Below, one piece after another: positions 25,837 to 38,179 of a stretch of DNA of 64,000 nucleotides. Under the pieces are notes generated by a model. It did not search any database. It saw only the letters and a list, made by a program, of their open reading frames with translations, and was not told where the DNA came from. The stretch lies in NCBI GenBank assembly GCA_010909165.1, contig MU008197.1, positions 1-64,000 on the forward strand, given 5' to 3'. This DNA is from Anthoceros angustus. Taxonomy: Eukaryota > Plantae > Anthocerotophyta. The position numbers and the translations under genes are program-made. The number at the start of each line of letters is the position of its first letter. Positions within the stretch are counted from its first letter, which is position 1.

Positions 25837-28800
25837 TGACAAAATAAAGGGTCGTTAGGGTGTTATCAGCATGTTAAGTAGTTAAATAATTAAGTTAAGT
25901 CAGCTTACCCTTTCACTAGGGTTACGTCCCTTAGACGAGCGATTCGACTTTTCAAGTTCTTAGTTTTAGTTTTGCTTTTACATAAGCAAGTTACTTCTTT
26001 GTTATATACGATGCAATTATATTAATTGATCCGTATCCTAATACCCGTCATGGTATCGAGCTTCTATAGCGTGGATTGCATTCAAGAGAATGCGATCAAA
26101 TTGTGCACTTTGGATTTGCACAACATGTGTTTTTAGTTCTTATCTTTTAGAAATGTTCTTTAAAGATAGCCCAAAATAATCAAGAACTTACACTGATTTG
26201 CTTTATAATTTAATCACGCTTTTTAAGATTGCATTTTGCGATCCGTGAGCATTCTAGCGTATCTATGCGATTGCTATTCCAGAATCCGGAATAGGTGCGC
26301 TTAGGACACCCGCCGATGTTGCAACTTGCATTTAGAAGGCATTTATAAAATAAAGAAAATAAGGATGCATTCTGAACGCATCTCTACAATCGAGTCACAA
26401 ACCATCGAATGGCACAAAATGAAGGCCGATATAACCACGGCCGAAAGGGTTCAACGCAACCGCCCAACAAGAGGACTTAACGAAAGGAATGTAGCGTAAT
26501 CCACTCCATCAAAACACACAAGAGTGGATTCACGAAACTGTGATAGACCGCCCAGCAGCCGCCACGCCGAGGCCTACAATTTGCTGGTTTCCACTCACCC
26601 AGACACCAAAACCCATTCTTGGTCCTCAAGAGCAGTCATAGGTGCCGATCATCGAACTTGCGCCAGTTGCTCTAGATGTTCACGGAACCCTAACCCGTTT
26701 CTTCACAACAACCGCACAGTGCCACAATCACGATTATTTGTGGTGGAATCACATGCCTTGTTTGTAGACAAGATTTGTGAATCTCAACAAGAGCGCCGGT
26801 GAATGTGGATTTACATGACTTGAGGGAGCAACTCTGTCACTTGGACTACAAGTTGCACGTTCTTCTGAAGCCAGAACTTTTGAAGAATCCAGAATTCCGC
26901 ACATTTGCTGTAAGATCTGTGAAGTGTACTAACGGTAGTCAACGTTTTGTTGACCCAAATTCTTGTCCTTCATGTTCAACCTATGAACTCAATAGGCTCA
27001 TGTTAAGGAAACATCAGATAGCAGAAAAGGAAGCACAACAGGCAGCCAGTTTGCATGAGGTAATCAGACCTGTCGACATGCTAGCTGCCCTTTTGTAGCT
27101 TTGTCTCTCGATATTGGCCAAGAGTTTCATTTCCTCTATACCTCCAAAGAATGGAGACACGCCTCCATCGCTTGTGGGAGGTGGGGAAGGCTTTAAGAGA
27201 AAGACAGTTCGATGGACGCCAATATGATATGGCCGCGCATGAAAGGCGACCCAGAGCGTAAAACTGGAAGACAACACAAGGGTTAGATAAAGCACCGTAT
27301 GTAAATGTTCTACAAAATGAGGCACGTGAGCAAAGGAATGAAGGCCATGTACCTCATAAGAAGTGGACTCACACCACATGATGCGCCAAACATCGTTGTG
27401 AACTGCTAAGCAACACCGAAGAGTCAGAGGCCGAAAGAATTTCGCCAATCAATTATCAGCCTTAACAATCTTCAGATTGTAAGATGCGTGAAGGAGAATC
27501 AGAGAGAAGCATATTATGACCTTCGTAACCCTAGTATCCAAGCTAGAACAATCATCAAGCGAAACAATCAAGGATGAGATGCTAACATTTTTTACTCTCA
27601 TTACCTCCTCTTGGTCACACTGTGACATCGATCCATGCATCCCGCCATGGTGTAGCCAAATTGGCTAAGTTAGCTAATCTCAAAGTACCGTAATTAACAT
27701 TTGCGAACTTGTAGGGTCACTCCGAAGAGGAGTCGACGTAGGTGTATCAGCGGCCGGCAAGGCAGCTCACATCCAACCGTGGTCGAGGTGGTGCAAGACC
27801 ATACCCGCAGGCGGTGGATCCGGTTCATCACGGCGGTACCGCAAGGAGGCCACTCATCACAACTGCAAATAAGAAAACAAGAAATCGTGGACTTGAACGG
27901 TGCAAAATCGTCACCGGGAGAGGGATTGCGGTGAAAAAGCAAGCGTGCTTACCTCGCAAGGAGGGAAGTGCCGAGACCAACGTTGTGTTCAAGAAGCAAC
28001 CATCGCCATCGCCATGGTTGGGACAGAGGGTACACTAACTCTATCTCCTCACCCACATGTCACTAAAACAACTCAGCGGTACAGAGTGGTACCTTGATAC
28101 AGGGGCCACCGCTCACATGTGCTTCAAATAAATGCTTTCACAACATACAGCCGCCTAAGGATCAAAGATGTTTACCTAGGTGATAACAGATCACTTGTCT
28201 CCGTATAGGACTGCTGAGTTGCTCGTGCCATCCGGAGTCATGCTTTCACTTATAGATGTGTATTATGTCCTCGAGATGACACGCAACCTTATTTCGCTAG
28301 ACGCCCCAACATAGACAATAATGACATTCTGCTCACGAACACAGAGTGTAAGGTGATAGATGCCTTTAATCCTAGCAGAGTCCTAGCCTACGGGTCCTTA
28401 ACATGACTGTTTTATTGCCAAGAAGGTGGGATAGTGCGCCTCATCTCACACATAAGGACTCCCCGCCTCGCACAACAAATTGCAAAGGCATGCACGCTTA
28501 GGTCACCCACCACAGAAGTTGCGTAAATTAGCTAGTGACCTATATGCTGATGGTCCTATAGGCAAGTTAGTGCCTTTACTTTGTGAGCCATGTGTCCTGC
28601 TAAGCGCCATCAAGCAGCTTTCAAAATAAAGCCCCTCATGTGGCTTCAAGTCCTTGAGTGCATGCACTGTGGCCCATTGTCTAAGCCTTCTCTTGGTGGA
28701 GATACTTCCTACCTTCCATGTATGACAAGACACGGTTTGTCGCTTATATCCTTAAAGCTAAAAGTGAGTGCTTCTCACACTTCAAAGCCTACCTTAAGTT

Positions 28801-31800
28801 TGCGAGCCACGGTGGAAGCAATTGAAAACCCTACTACGTTAATGGTGGGGAATTCACCTCACATGAATTCCGTGCTTCTGCAGTAAGAAGGAATTCGGCA
28901 ATTAACAGCTTGTATACCCCTCAATGTAACGGGTCGCAGAGCACATGAACCTTACTTTGCGTGAGATTACCTCCTCATTGTTGAACCACGCTCACCTCCC
29001 TTTGTCCTATGAGGCCTCACAATCACCTAAGGAACAGTTGCCTAACTAATGCTCAAGGCTGACTCTTAAGCTTTTATGGACACAAGCCCAAGATCATGCA
29101 TCTCGTGACGTTTGGTTGTATCGCTTATGCCTTTGTCCCCAAGGAAAAGCGCGAAGGCCGCAGACAAGGCCGAAGTTGATGTTAGGTTATATCGCATCAA
29201 GGCATATAAACCGTACATGCGCCTACTAATCATACATATTCCGTGAGTGTTACCTTTGATGAACAGAGTTTCCGCCAGAGGAGCTTCGACCGCTGATGAT
29301 GACCTGGAATCTCTAACAGATGTCTCATATTTTGATGACCTCCCCGAGACGTTGCTCGCAGATGGGGAACCCGAGGATCCGCCAAGATATCGAGGAACTC
29401 GAATTTGTAATCGCCGATCCAGCGGCAAGAAGAATATCCTCGCGCCTACCTCCACTTGACGAGGAAGAGGCGCGCAGCAGGTCACGATGATGCCGCACAG
29501 TAGATCTTGACCTCCGTGAACCACAGAGCGTACCCGATCCACCGATCCACCAACGCGTTATCCCGCGAACGCCGCCCTCCGACCATTATCACCATTGACT
29601 TGGCACCTCAAGCACATGCCGCTTTCCTTGATCCCATTGAACCACCATATGAGGAAGCTCGTGAGGCTGATTCTTCGAATGGAAGAAGGCAATTCATCCG
29701 AATATGACTCACTCATTAAAAACGGACTTGGGAATTGGCCAAGTTACCTCCGTGTCGAAAGATGGTATCCCGCAAATGGATATTCAAGCTTAAGGTTAAA
29801 GTGATGGTACTGACAGATATAAAGCCCGGCCTCAGCACTTACGAGGCTTTACACAAGTACCGTGGCTTGACTATTTTGAAACATACGCCTGCTAAAGATG
29901 GCCACTGTACTATATGCTATAGCAAAGACACAAGGATTACGAGTCAGATGTTCGATGTCAAGACAAATTTCTACATGGAAAGCTTGACACTCGAGATCTA
30001 CATGCAGCAGCTACCGGATATGAGGTAAAAGGGAAAGAGGACCATGTCCTGCGACCATAAAAACCTTGTATGGCTCTCAAACAACAAGACTAAAGTGGAA
30101 TGAGGCTCTTGATGAAGAGCTCCTAGCTTTAGGCTTCAAGTGTAAGGCCGATGGAGCCTCTGACATGTAAAAGGGGACACAAGATGTTATTTAGCGCATG
30201 TAGATGACCCGATCATAGCCTCGCAATAAAGCATACATAACAAAGTCAATCACATTGCAGAAATTTGAGATGTCCAATTTAGGTCCTCGCAGAGTTGCCT
30301 AGGTGTTCATATACAAAGGAACAGTGACAAGAGGGTGATAACCCTTACCTCACAGGTACTTACACAAGCACGATGGGCTTAAAGGACGCGAAGCCCCGCC
30401 TACCCCACTAGTGGCTTAAGCTCACGTGATATGAGCCCGAGACACAACAAGAGAAGGAAGCTATGGTTAACATTCCACATGTAAGAGGAGTAGGTAAGTT
30501 GATCTATGCTTCTAATACAACGAGGCTCGACATTTCTTTGCCACGTCGCCCGTCCCAAGATCTTGAGACCCAGGTGAGCATTGGCGGCTTAAAAGGGTGT
30601 TCGGGACACTTAAAGGAACCTATGATGTGGGACTTAAATATGAATACAACTCAAGCTTTAGACTGGCAAGATACACGACTGATTACGGGTGATGTTGATT
30701 CTAGAAGGTCTGTCGCTATGTTGTAAGCTTTGCCGGAGGGCCCATATGTCGAGCAAAAGCAACCCCACATGAGCCACCTATACGTGAGGCCGAGTATCGG
30801 GTTTTAACAAAGCAGCATAAGGAAGTAATTTGGCTCAAACTGCTCAAGGAAATGGGACCGGACCTTCCTACATGCACAAGTGTAAAGACCGACAATCGTG
30901 GCTCTATGGCACTTGCTAAAAACCCAAAGTGTTCCATTCAAGGACCAAACATGTTGAAGTAGAGTACCATTTCATTCGTGGAACAAGTTTCGCAGTGCAA
31001 GATAGTGGCCGGAATATGTTCCCACACCGACAACCCCGCATATACTTACGAAAGCACTGGGAGAGACTCACAAGACACCTTAAAGGTCTTGGGTTAGGGA
31101 AGTCTCAAGACTTCGCAACCCCACAAAGTCCGAAAACAGATATCTATGTTTAGTAACCCCAAATGCCACAGAGTCGAATAATGCTGCCCTCCTGAATCAC
31201 TGTGGGTCTTGGGGAGTTGCACTCACATCCGAGCCATCAAGATCGCTCGCTCACCGGGTGAAGTTTCTCTCGCCTGTATTACGTCTCAATCTCCTTCATA
31301 TGAAATCCTCTCGTGGAGACGAGGCGCATTTCACGTAAGTCTTATCTGCACTCAGATGGTGAAAAAATAAAGCAGTTGCTTTTATGGGAGCAAGGCATGA
31401 ACAGGACTGCTGGATTGCAGCCTACACACACACACAGAAACGCAAGGAAGGACGTGACACTTACTGTAAAAGCTGACCATATGCCCTGGAAACTCCTTGC
31501 ATGGCTGTACCTTAACACGCTTCATGAGGATGCGTCAAACGCATCTGCATCACTGGAGTGCTGTGGATCGCATACTTCCTAAACCCACAATCTTGGTTTC
31601 CGTATAGTCGCTCGCGGTCCGGAAACATCAAGGTTTTGACGCTGGCTCGATTCGGTATACTCATACTCAGTTCAACGGCGCCTATGGCAGCCTTTGAACT
31701 GAAGCAAGATGCCGAGAAGGCCCTGCATCTCGCTTGTAGCAAGCTCCCAAGGCCTCGGCAAGATTCCGCCGGCCTGGGACGACCTCTGACGCTTAGCAGG

Positions 31801-32355
31801 CTTTCGCCCTTGTGTTCTCGGGAGCAGTGTCCCCGCCGCGCCCTTACGTACAGGTGCGCTGCTGCGCTTGCCGATCTTCGTGAGGAAGACGACATCTTGA
31901 GCAGGAGTATCTCAAGCCCGAGCCGAATAATGAGAGAAAGGGCGAACGAGGCTTAAATAGGCGCACCGCATGGGTCAGATGTCGGGCCGCCCATAGCACT
32001 TCCAAGCGTGAGATGGAGCGTGAGATAGATCGTAATGAATTGCGTAGTACGCAGATGTGAAAGCGTCAAGTCAAGAGACTGCCAAAGGAGCATGAGTCAA
32101 GTTCTAGAAGATCGCCAACACTTAACCCGCTTCAACAAGTGGGAGTGACAAAATAAAGGGTCGTTAGGGTGTTATGATGTTAAGTAGTTAAATAAGTTAA
32201 GTCAGCACCCTTTCACTAGGGTTACGCCCCTTAGACGAACAGCTTACTTTTCAAGTTCTTAGTTTTAGTTTTGCTTTTCTCGCATAAGCAAGTTACTTTG
32301 TTTATATATATACGATGCAATTATATTAATTGATCCGTTATCCTAATACCGGCCA
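25837..32355 (+). mobile_element. Ty1/Copia LTR retrotransposon C nested in the Sola-like element
   Basis: LTRs 25837-26050 and 32146-32355. PBS-like TGGTATCGAGC at 26051. PPT AAGTGGGAG. Protease 'WYLDTGATAHM' at ~28088, integrase at 28640-29250, RT ('MFDVKT', 'VDD') at 29700-30700, RNase H 'KNP..HSRTKHVEVEYHFIR' at ~30920-30980. TSD imperfect (CCGAA/CGTAA). Confidence 0.85.
26700..27640 (-). pseudogene. Possible hAT (ZNF862-like) transposase fragment inside Copia C
   Basis: 'SLIVSLDDCSSLD', 'VHGLHSFAH' (CxxH-like) and 'MKLLANIE...SM' appear in hAT order; weak similarity only. Confidence 0.3.
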
Positions 32356-33671
32356 CGTAATAGCCTGACGGTAACCGGATCCAATGTATTAGGATTCCGT
32401 ATATAAACTTCATTATACCATGCCCATTTGCCATTTATGGCGCACATTTAAAACGCCCTCTTCCACCGCCATGGACCTGTGCGCCGCCACCGCGCACCTG
32501 GTCGCTACCGTGTATGCCTCAATTGTGTTGTTCATGACTTAGTCAGGCCAAGAATGGTCCATTGTCGAGACCGTGATGGCTTTTTGATTTAGATACCGAG
32601 TGATTTTCGCCAAAGGGGTTCCGCAACACCTAAGGGGTTCGGGACATTAACCTCCTTATGTAATTACCATGTTAAGGCTACAAACGCATTTACACGAAAG
32701 CTAAGGATCAAACTTGCTCATTTTGATCCTCTATGTGGATGATATGCTAATTGCCGGAATAGTACCGATGAGATTTTGAGAGTCAAAGTTGAATGCTCAC
32801 TTTGAAATGACAAACTTGGGAGAGGCGAGCCATATACTTGGCATTGATCATTTTAACACTGCCGCCCGCTTTATTTGTCTCGCATGTAATACATTAATGG
32901 TGCTTCAACGCTTCAACATGGAGAAGGGGAAACCATTGGGTACCCATTGCTCCATATGTGAAACTTTCTGCCGCGATTGCCCAAGCTCGAGGAGGACAAA
33001 GTCAAAATGGAGAAGGTCCCATACTCATCACCGTAGGGAGTTTGATGTATGCAATGATTGCTACACGTCCCGACATTGCCTTTGTGGGAATGGTTAGGTG
33101 TTTATGTCAAACCCCGCAAGAAGCATTGGGAGGCAGAAAGGAGTTATGAGGTATCCGAATGGTACAAAAGCTTTGTGCATATGTTTTGGTAGTGAAGATG
33201 CATGTGGTTGCACCGATGTCGATTACGTGGGATATGGACAAAAGAAGGTCCACATCGTTATGTCTTCACGCTAATCGAGGGGCCTTTATGGCGATCTCGC
33301 TTGCCATGCATGACGCCATCTACCATGAGGCCGAGTATGTTGCAAAGAATCGAGGTTTGTGCAAGCCATATGGCTTGCTCGCTTAGTGGGAGACTTGGGG
33401 ATCAAGGTTGAGCTCTTGCAGCGTGATAGCCATAGTGCTATCCAATTGGCAAAGAATCCAGTGTTTCATGCGAAGACTAAACATGTGGATTTGAAGTATC
33501 ACTTCATTCGAGAGGTGTTGGATGACAAGAGGGTACAACTTGTCAAGGTTCACACCACCAACCCCGCAGATATTCTTACCAAGGGACTCTACGAGCAATT
33601 TGCACAAGCTCCCAATTATGGGGGCGTGAGATAGTCCATTCTCCTAAGGTAAATTGGCCTTGGTGGGAGGT

Positions 33672-33917
33672 TGTAAGGGTATTAAAGCTCAATGTACTTA
33701 GACTAATACACTTAGTCTAAGTTAGGTGTCAGTTAAGTATCATTAGTTTAGCTGAAGTTAATCACTAGGAAGCTTCTTGTGCTCCTTCCTAGGGGCTTCT
33801 TGTGGAGCTTCCTAGGGTATAAATACCCTCCAAGCCTCATCTCAATGTGAGAGAGTTACTCTTGCCTTCTCCTCTCCTCTCCTCTTTCACCATCATGGGT
33901 TGCCATACGATCCTTCA
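33672..33917 (+). repeat. 3' LTR of Copia A
   Basis: TG...CA ends, internal TATAAATA, preceded by PPT and followed by TSD CAAAT. Confidence 0.85.
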
Positions 33918-35700
33918 CAAATTGCGCAGGCAAGGACGCTTGCTAGCGGGCTAGATCGCCCACAGGGCACTCAAAAGCCCTTGAGCCTAGGATGTCCCTA
34001 AGAGTATTCATAATCTTCCTATCAAACCCTCGCAGCCAGGACAAAAGGAGTGAAGACGGAGGTAGCGTACGGATGAGGTAACCAAGGCGCCTAGCAAAAC
34101 AAGAGGAAAGAATTCCAAAGGCCACCTGTGCATCCTCCAACAAAGAGAGGTCCTCGACATGGGATAGGTCCTCTGCGAGAGCGTGGTCCAAGAAGCTCTC
34201 GACGAAGTCAGGGGAACCGAAGGGGACCCCTAGAATTCGCAGTCCCAAAGCTGGAGCAATCTCCCTAGCAGGAAACTGCAAAGTAGGCAGGATCCTCGGC
34301 GGAGACCAAATGCGGCACTTGGACAGCTTGACCTTCAAGCCCACCAAAGAAAGCTCATGAGAGAAGAGTTCAAAGGCCTCCTTGACTTTGTCCCCAGGCC
34401 CGAGGATGTGAGAATCGTCTGCCAGCGAAGGGAAAACACAGTCGCACGCTGAGAAGGCGGCCCTGGGTAGGGCCCTATAGTGAGTAATGGCGAAGAGAGC
34501 ACCACCTAGGGGGTCGCCTGCACTGCGGGCCGATTCTAAGATGTAGACAAAGAACTCAAGAGACGTTCAGGCCGGGTAGTAGAGGTTGGAGGACCTTCAG
34601 AAGCACGGACAAAAGGTATAAGGCTCCTGTGACGCTGCAAAGATCCCTAAGCTCCTCAAAGATGACGCTCCTAGAAATAGTATTGAAGTCGTTCTCGACA
34701 TCCACCTATAAGACCACCCACTCTGGGTGGGTATCATGGCATGCCTTCACTCCAAGCACGACAAATTCGCAGCCCCTCGGAGTGGCAATGTCAAATTGAA
34801 GGGGATTGAAGTGCTGCTGGAGAAGGGAGCGGCACTGAAGGGCAATAGTGTGGTTGAGAAGCCACATGAAGGCTTTCCCAATCACCAATGGGCGCACGCC
34901 CGAGCCTAGGGCAGGCTTGTCCATAGCGACAAGCCTGCTAGCTGCAAGAACAAGGGAAATCCGGTGAGGCGTCTCTCCCCGAGCCACCACAGCAGCCAGA
35001 GAAAAGAGCTCTGGGAAGCCACTAGATAGATCTTCGGGGAGAAAAAGGTCCTTGAGGTGTTCGAACACCATTTCTGACAAGCAGGCAGATGAAAGACGTG
35101 GGGTCGTAGAGAGTGCCAAAGCAAAAGATGCCCGATCCAGGGAGAAGGGATCCTCCGGGATATAGTCGGATATGTCCAAGGGGATGGCATCCTTGGGTGC
35201 TGGATGGAGGGCATGGAGGGCAGCAATGGTCTCTTCAGAAGCGGGGGCCAGGGGGAGGGGTCGAAGAGCCCTAGTGGCGCGGGCATATTCATCCCCCTGG
35301 CCAAGCAACTTGCAACGGCGCGGGTTTATTACATTACTCGGGACCTGTTCCAATTGCTGTGCGGATTCCGCACGAGCCTTGGCAGCACGCAGAGCCTCCT
35401 CCTAGAGGGATGCCTAGTCACCAGCCTGAAGCGCCGAAGACGGCTAGCAGCTTCCTGACGCTCGGAGGCCCCACCCCTAGTATACCAAAGACACCACCGG
35501 GGGAGAAGCAGGAGAAGGCACCAAGCTAACTCGTCCTGGGGATTGAGCGCAAGGCGATCCAAGGGAAGACAGAACGCCAAACGGCCATCATCATGAAGGT
35601 GGCGGGGAAGCCTGCGGAAGATGCGCGGGCATGGAAAGCGGGTTTCAAACAACCCAAGGGTGTGATTCAACTGACCCCATAGCCATTCCCAGGAAGAAAG
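33918..35700 (-). mobile_element. CRE-clade non-LTR retrotransposon, 5' part (reverse transcriptase), degenerate
   Basis: ORFs 34706-35353 (ASRLVAMDKPALGSGVRPLVIG...PLQF...GCE) and 33943-34347 (GLKVKLSKC...GLRILGVPFGS...AQVAFGILSSC) match CRE-type RT subdomains; in-frame stops present. Confidence 0.75.
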
Positions 35701-36054
35701 AGGCATCCAATCTAGAATTAATATCTTTATAGAGCATATGGATTTATTCAATTATCACATTAGAAAGTTAATTTTCGATGTTAATCTAGCAATTAAATCT
35801 AACTAAATTGAGACCAAGTCTCAATCTTAGAGTTCTCATTAAAGTTTTTTTTGTAGGAAGTTCTCACTAAACACTTTCTTCATTTGAAAGTTATCTTGTA
35901 ATTAGAATTTTAAATCTTCTTTTATTACTAAGTTAACTGTTTTTCATTAACAGAGAGTTCAACTTGGTTAAGATTAGTTAAGTTAAGATCAGTTAAGATT
36001 AGTTAATTTTATTTTCTAAGATAACCTGTTTGTTTATACAAAAAAAAATCAAAT

Positions 36055-38175
36055 ATGGCATCTTCACCTATCTTATCTTTTAGCTCTCTTTCTTACAATA
36101 TTGACAAATTATCCAATCATAACTAGCATACTTGGTCTTACAAAATCCAGATGCTGCTTAAGAAGTTAGGCCTTTGGCCTATAGTCAATGGTAGAAATCC
36201 TAAACCAATTGCTGACGCTTCTGAAGCTATCTCGATGATTCAAGATGACGATGCCCAAACAGAGATTGTTCTCCACTTAGAAGATCGACATATTGCTAAG
36301 GTCAAGCGATTAACTACATTGAAGGACATTTGGGACAAGCTAACCTGTTGTTTTCAAGAGGTTAGTTTAACCACTCTGCTCCTACATCAAGATAAGCTTT
36401 CTGCTTTAATTTAAAAGCTAAAAGAAGGGGAATCTGTCACGAATTTTCTATCTACATGGGAACAAGCTCTCGACGAGGCACTTTCGTCCAGCTTGGCAGT
36501 GGATGACGACATGCAGGTTATGTACGGTCCCTGCCCCCATCATGGAGACCATTTGTGTCTACCACAGCTAGCTTAGCAACAACAGTTAATCCTCTGGCTC
36601 TTACTTCTCTTTTGGCAAAAGTCCGGCATGAATTTATTTTAAGAGGTGAACATACATCAAATACTATATTTCAGGTACCTCGACCCTTTACACTGGCCCT
36701 AATAGATCAAGCCGTAAGGGCAAGGCTCCTTTCCAACTTGGACCTAAGAACAAGCCACCTCCAAATATTCCGGCTTTTAAAAATCTAGTTTGTAATTATT
36801 GTAAGAAGAAGGGTCATATAGCCCCAGAATGCCGCAAGTGCAAACAAGATAGAGCAAGTGGCATAACTACTACTCCCACTCATGCTTTTAACACTAAAGC
36901 AACCGCTTCTACTTCTACATCTACGACGCCATCTTATCTGTTTGCTGCTGACTCTTCTATGTGATTACCAGATCCCCTCCTCGATTGGTGGCTCCTTGAT
37001 AGTGGGTGCATGGGACATATGACTCCTAGGAGAGACTAGTTTCTCATGTATGATCCTTTACAAGGGAAGAAATCAATTCATATTGGTGACAACTCCACCC
37101 TTATGGGTGTTGCTACAGGCTTAGTACAAATCCAGATACAAAGGCGCTATCTGTGAGTAGGCTGAATGAAGGAGGACCTGAGGGCAAAGTTACGGGATCC
37201 GATTGACCAAGAGTCGAAGAGCTAGGCCACGAGCTAAGTCAACAAACCGCATTGTGGCATTTAAGGTTATCTCATCTCCACATTCAAAGGTTACATAAAA
37301 TGCAGAAGCACTAGATAACCTCCGCTGTCTAACTTGTTTTTCTACCTTGGTTGCCTTGTTGGCAAACAACACAGACAACCCTATCCAAGGTCAGCTTCTA
37401 CCACATCTCACCCACTTGAGGTTGTTCATGCTGACTTATGTGGCCCCATGCAGCCACCTTCCCTTGGAGGCAAATTGTACATGTTTGTTATTCTAGATGA
37501 CTTCAGCCACTTTACTACCCTCTACTTTCTCACTCATAAGTCAGAGACCTTTCCTAGTTTTCAAACATTTCAGGCCTTAGCTGAAAATCAAACTGGCCAG
37601 CAAATTAAAAAATTTCGATCAGTCAATGCTAAGGAACTAACTTCTCTAGCTTTTGAAGCCCATTTAATCAACTATGGCATCCAACATCAGAAGATTATGC
37701 CTTATGCATATCAACAAGTAGGCAAGGTAGAGCGCCGCCGTAGGTCGCTTACTTGATGCTGTACGTACTTGATGTTATACGTAGCTCTTTGGCTAATATA
37801 ATAGCTCATCTTCCAAATTCCTTATAGGCTGATGCTGCAACCATAGTTTGTTATGTGCAAAACCGCAGCAGCACCTCTACTATTCCTGCTAAGACTCCCT
37901 ATGAAGTGTGGACAGGACGCGAGCCCAATATTAGCCATCACGCGAGCCCAATATTAGCCATCACGCGAGCCCAATATTAGCCGTCACCTCTACTATTCCT
38001 GCTAAGACTCCCTATTAGGACACAAGCTCAATATTAGCAATCTCCGAGTTTTTGGCTGTGACGTCTATGCCCCTGTCCCACCAGAAGAAATTGGATTCAC
38101 GATCCATCAAATTAACCTTCCTTTGCTATGGTGAATCTGATGGGGTTAAAGGCTATCGTTTGCTAGACAAACGTC
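36055..38175 (+). mobile_element. Ty1/Copia remnant (gag, zinc knuckle, protease, integrase)
   Basis: 'WSYKIQMLLKKLGLWPIV', 'CNYCKKKGHIAPEC', 'WLLDSGCMGHM' and 'LEVVHADLCGPM...MFVILDDFSH'; stops and frameshifts present; no RT. Confidence 0.85.
37874..38040 (+). repeat. Local tandem duplications (23 bp unit x3 plus a 31 bp repeat)
   Basis: CGCGAGCCCAATATTAGCCATCA repeated, and CACCTCTACTATTCCTGCTAAGACTCCCTAT present twice. Confidence 0.8.
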
Positions 38176-38179
38176 TATG

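Larger units (their letters stand above)
12658..32673. mobile_element. Sola-like cut-and-paste DNA transposon (~20 kb with nested insertions)
   Basis: TIRs 12658-12685 (AACATGGTAATTCTGTAAGGAGGTTAAT) and 32646-32673 match at 25/28. 4 bp TSD AAGG at 12654-12657 and 32674-32677; excision restores the host Copia RT 'MLSQGYKR'. The superfamily is inferred from the 4 bp TSD and transposase motifs. Confidence 0.8.
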
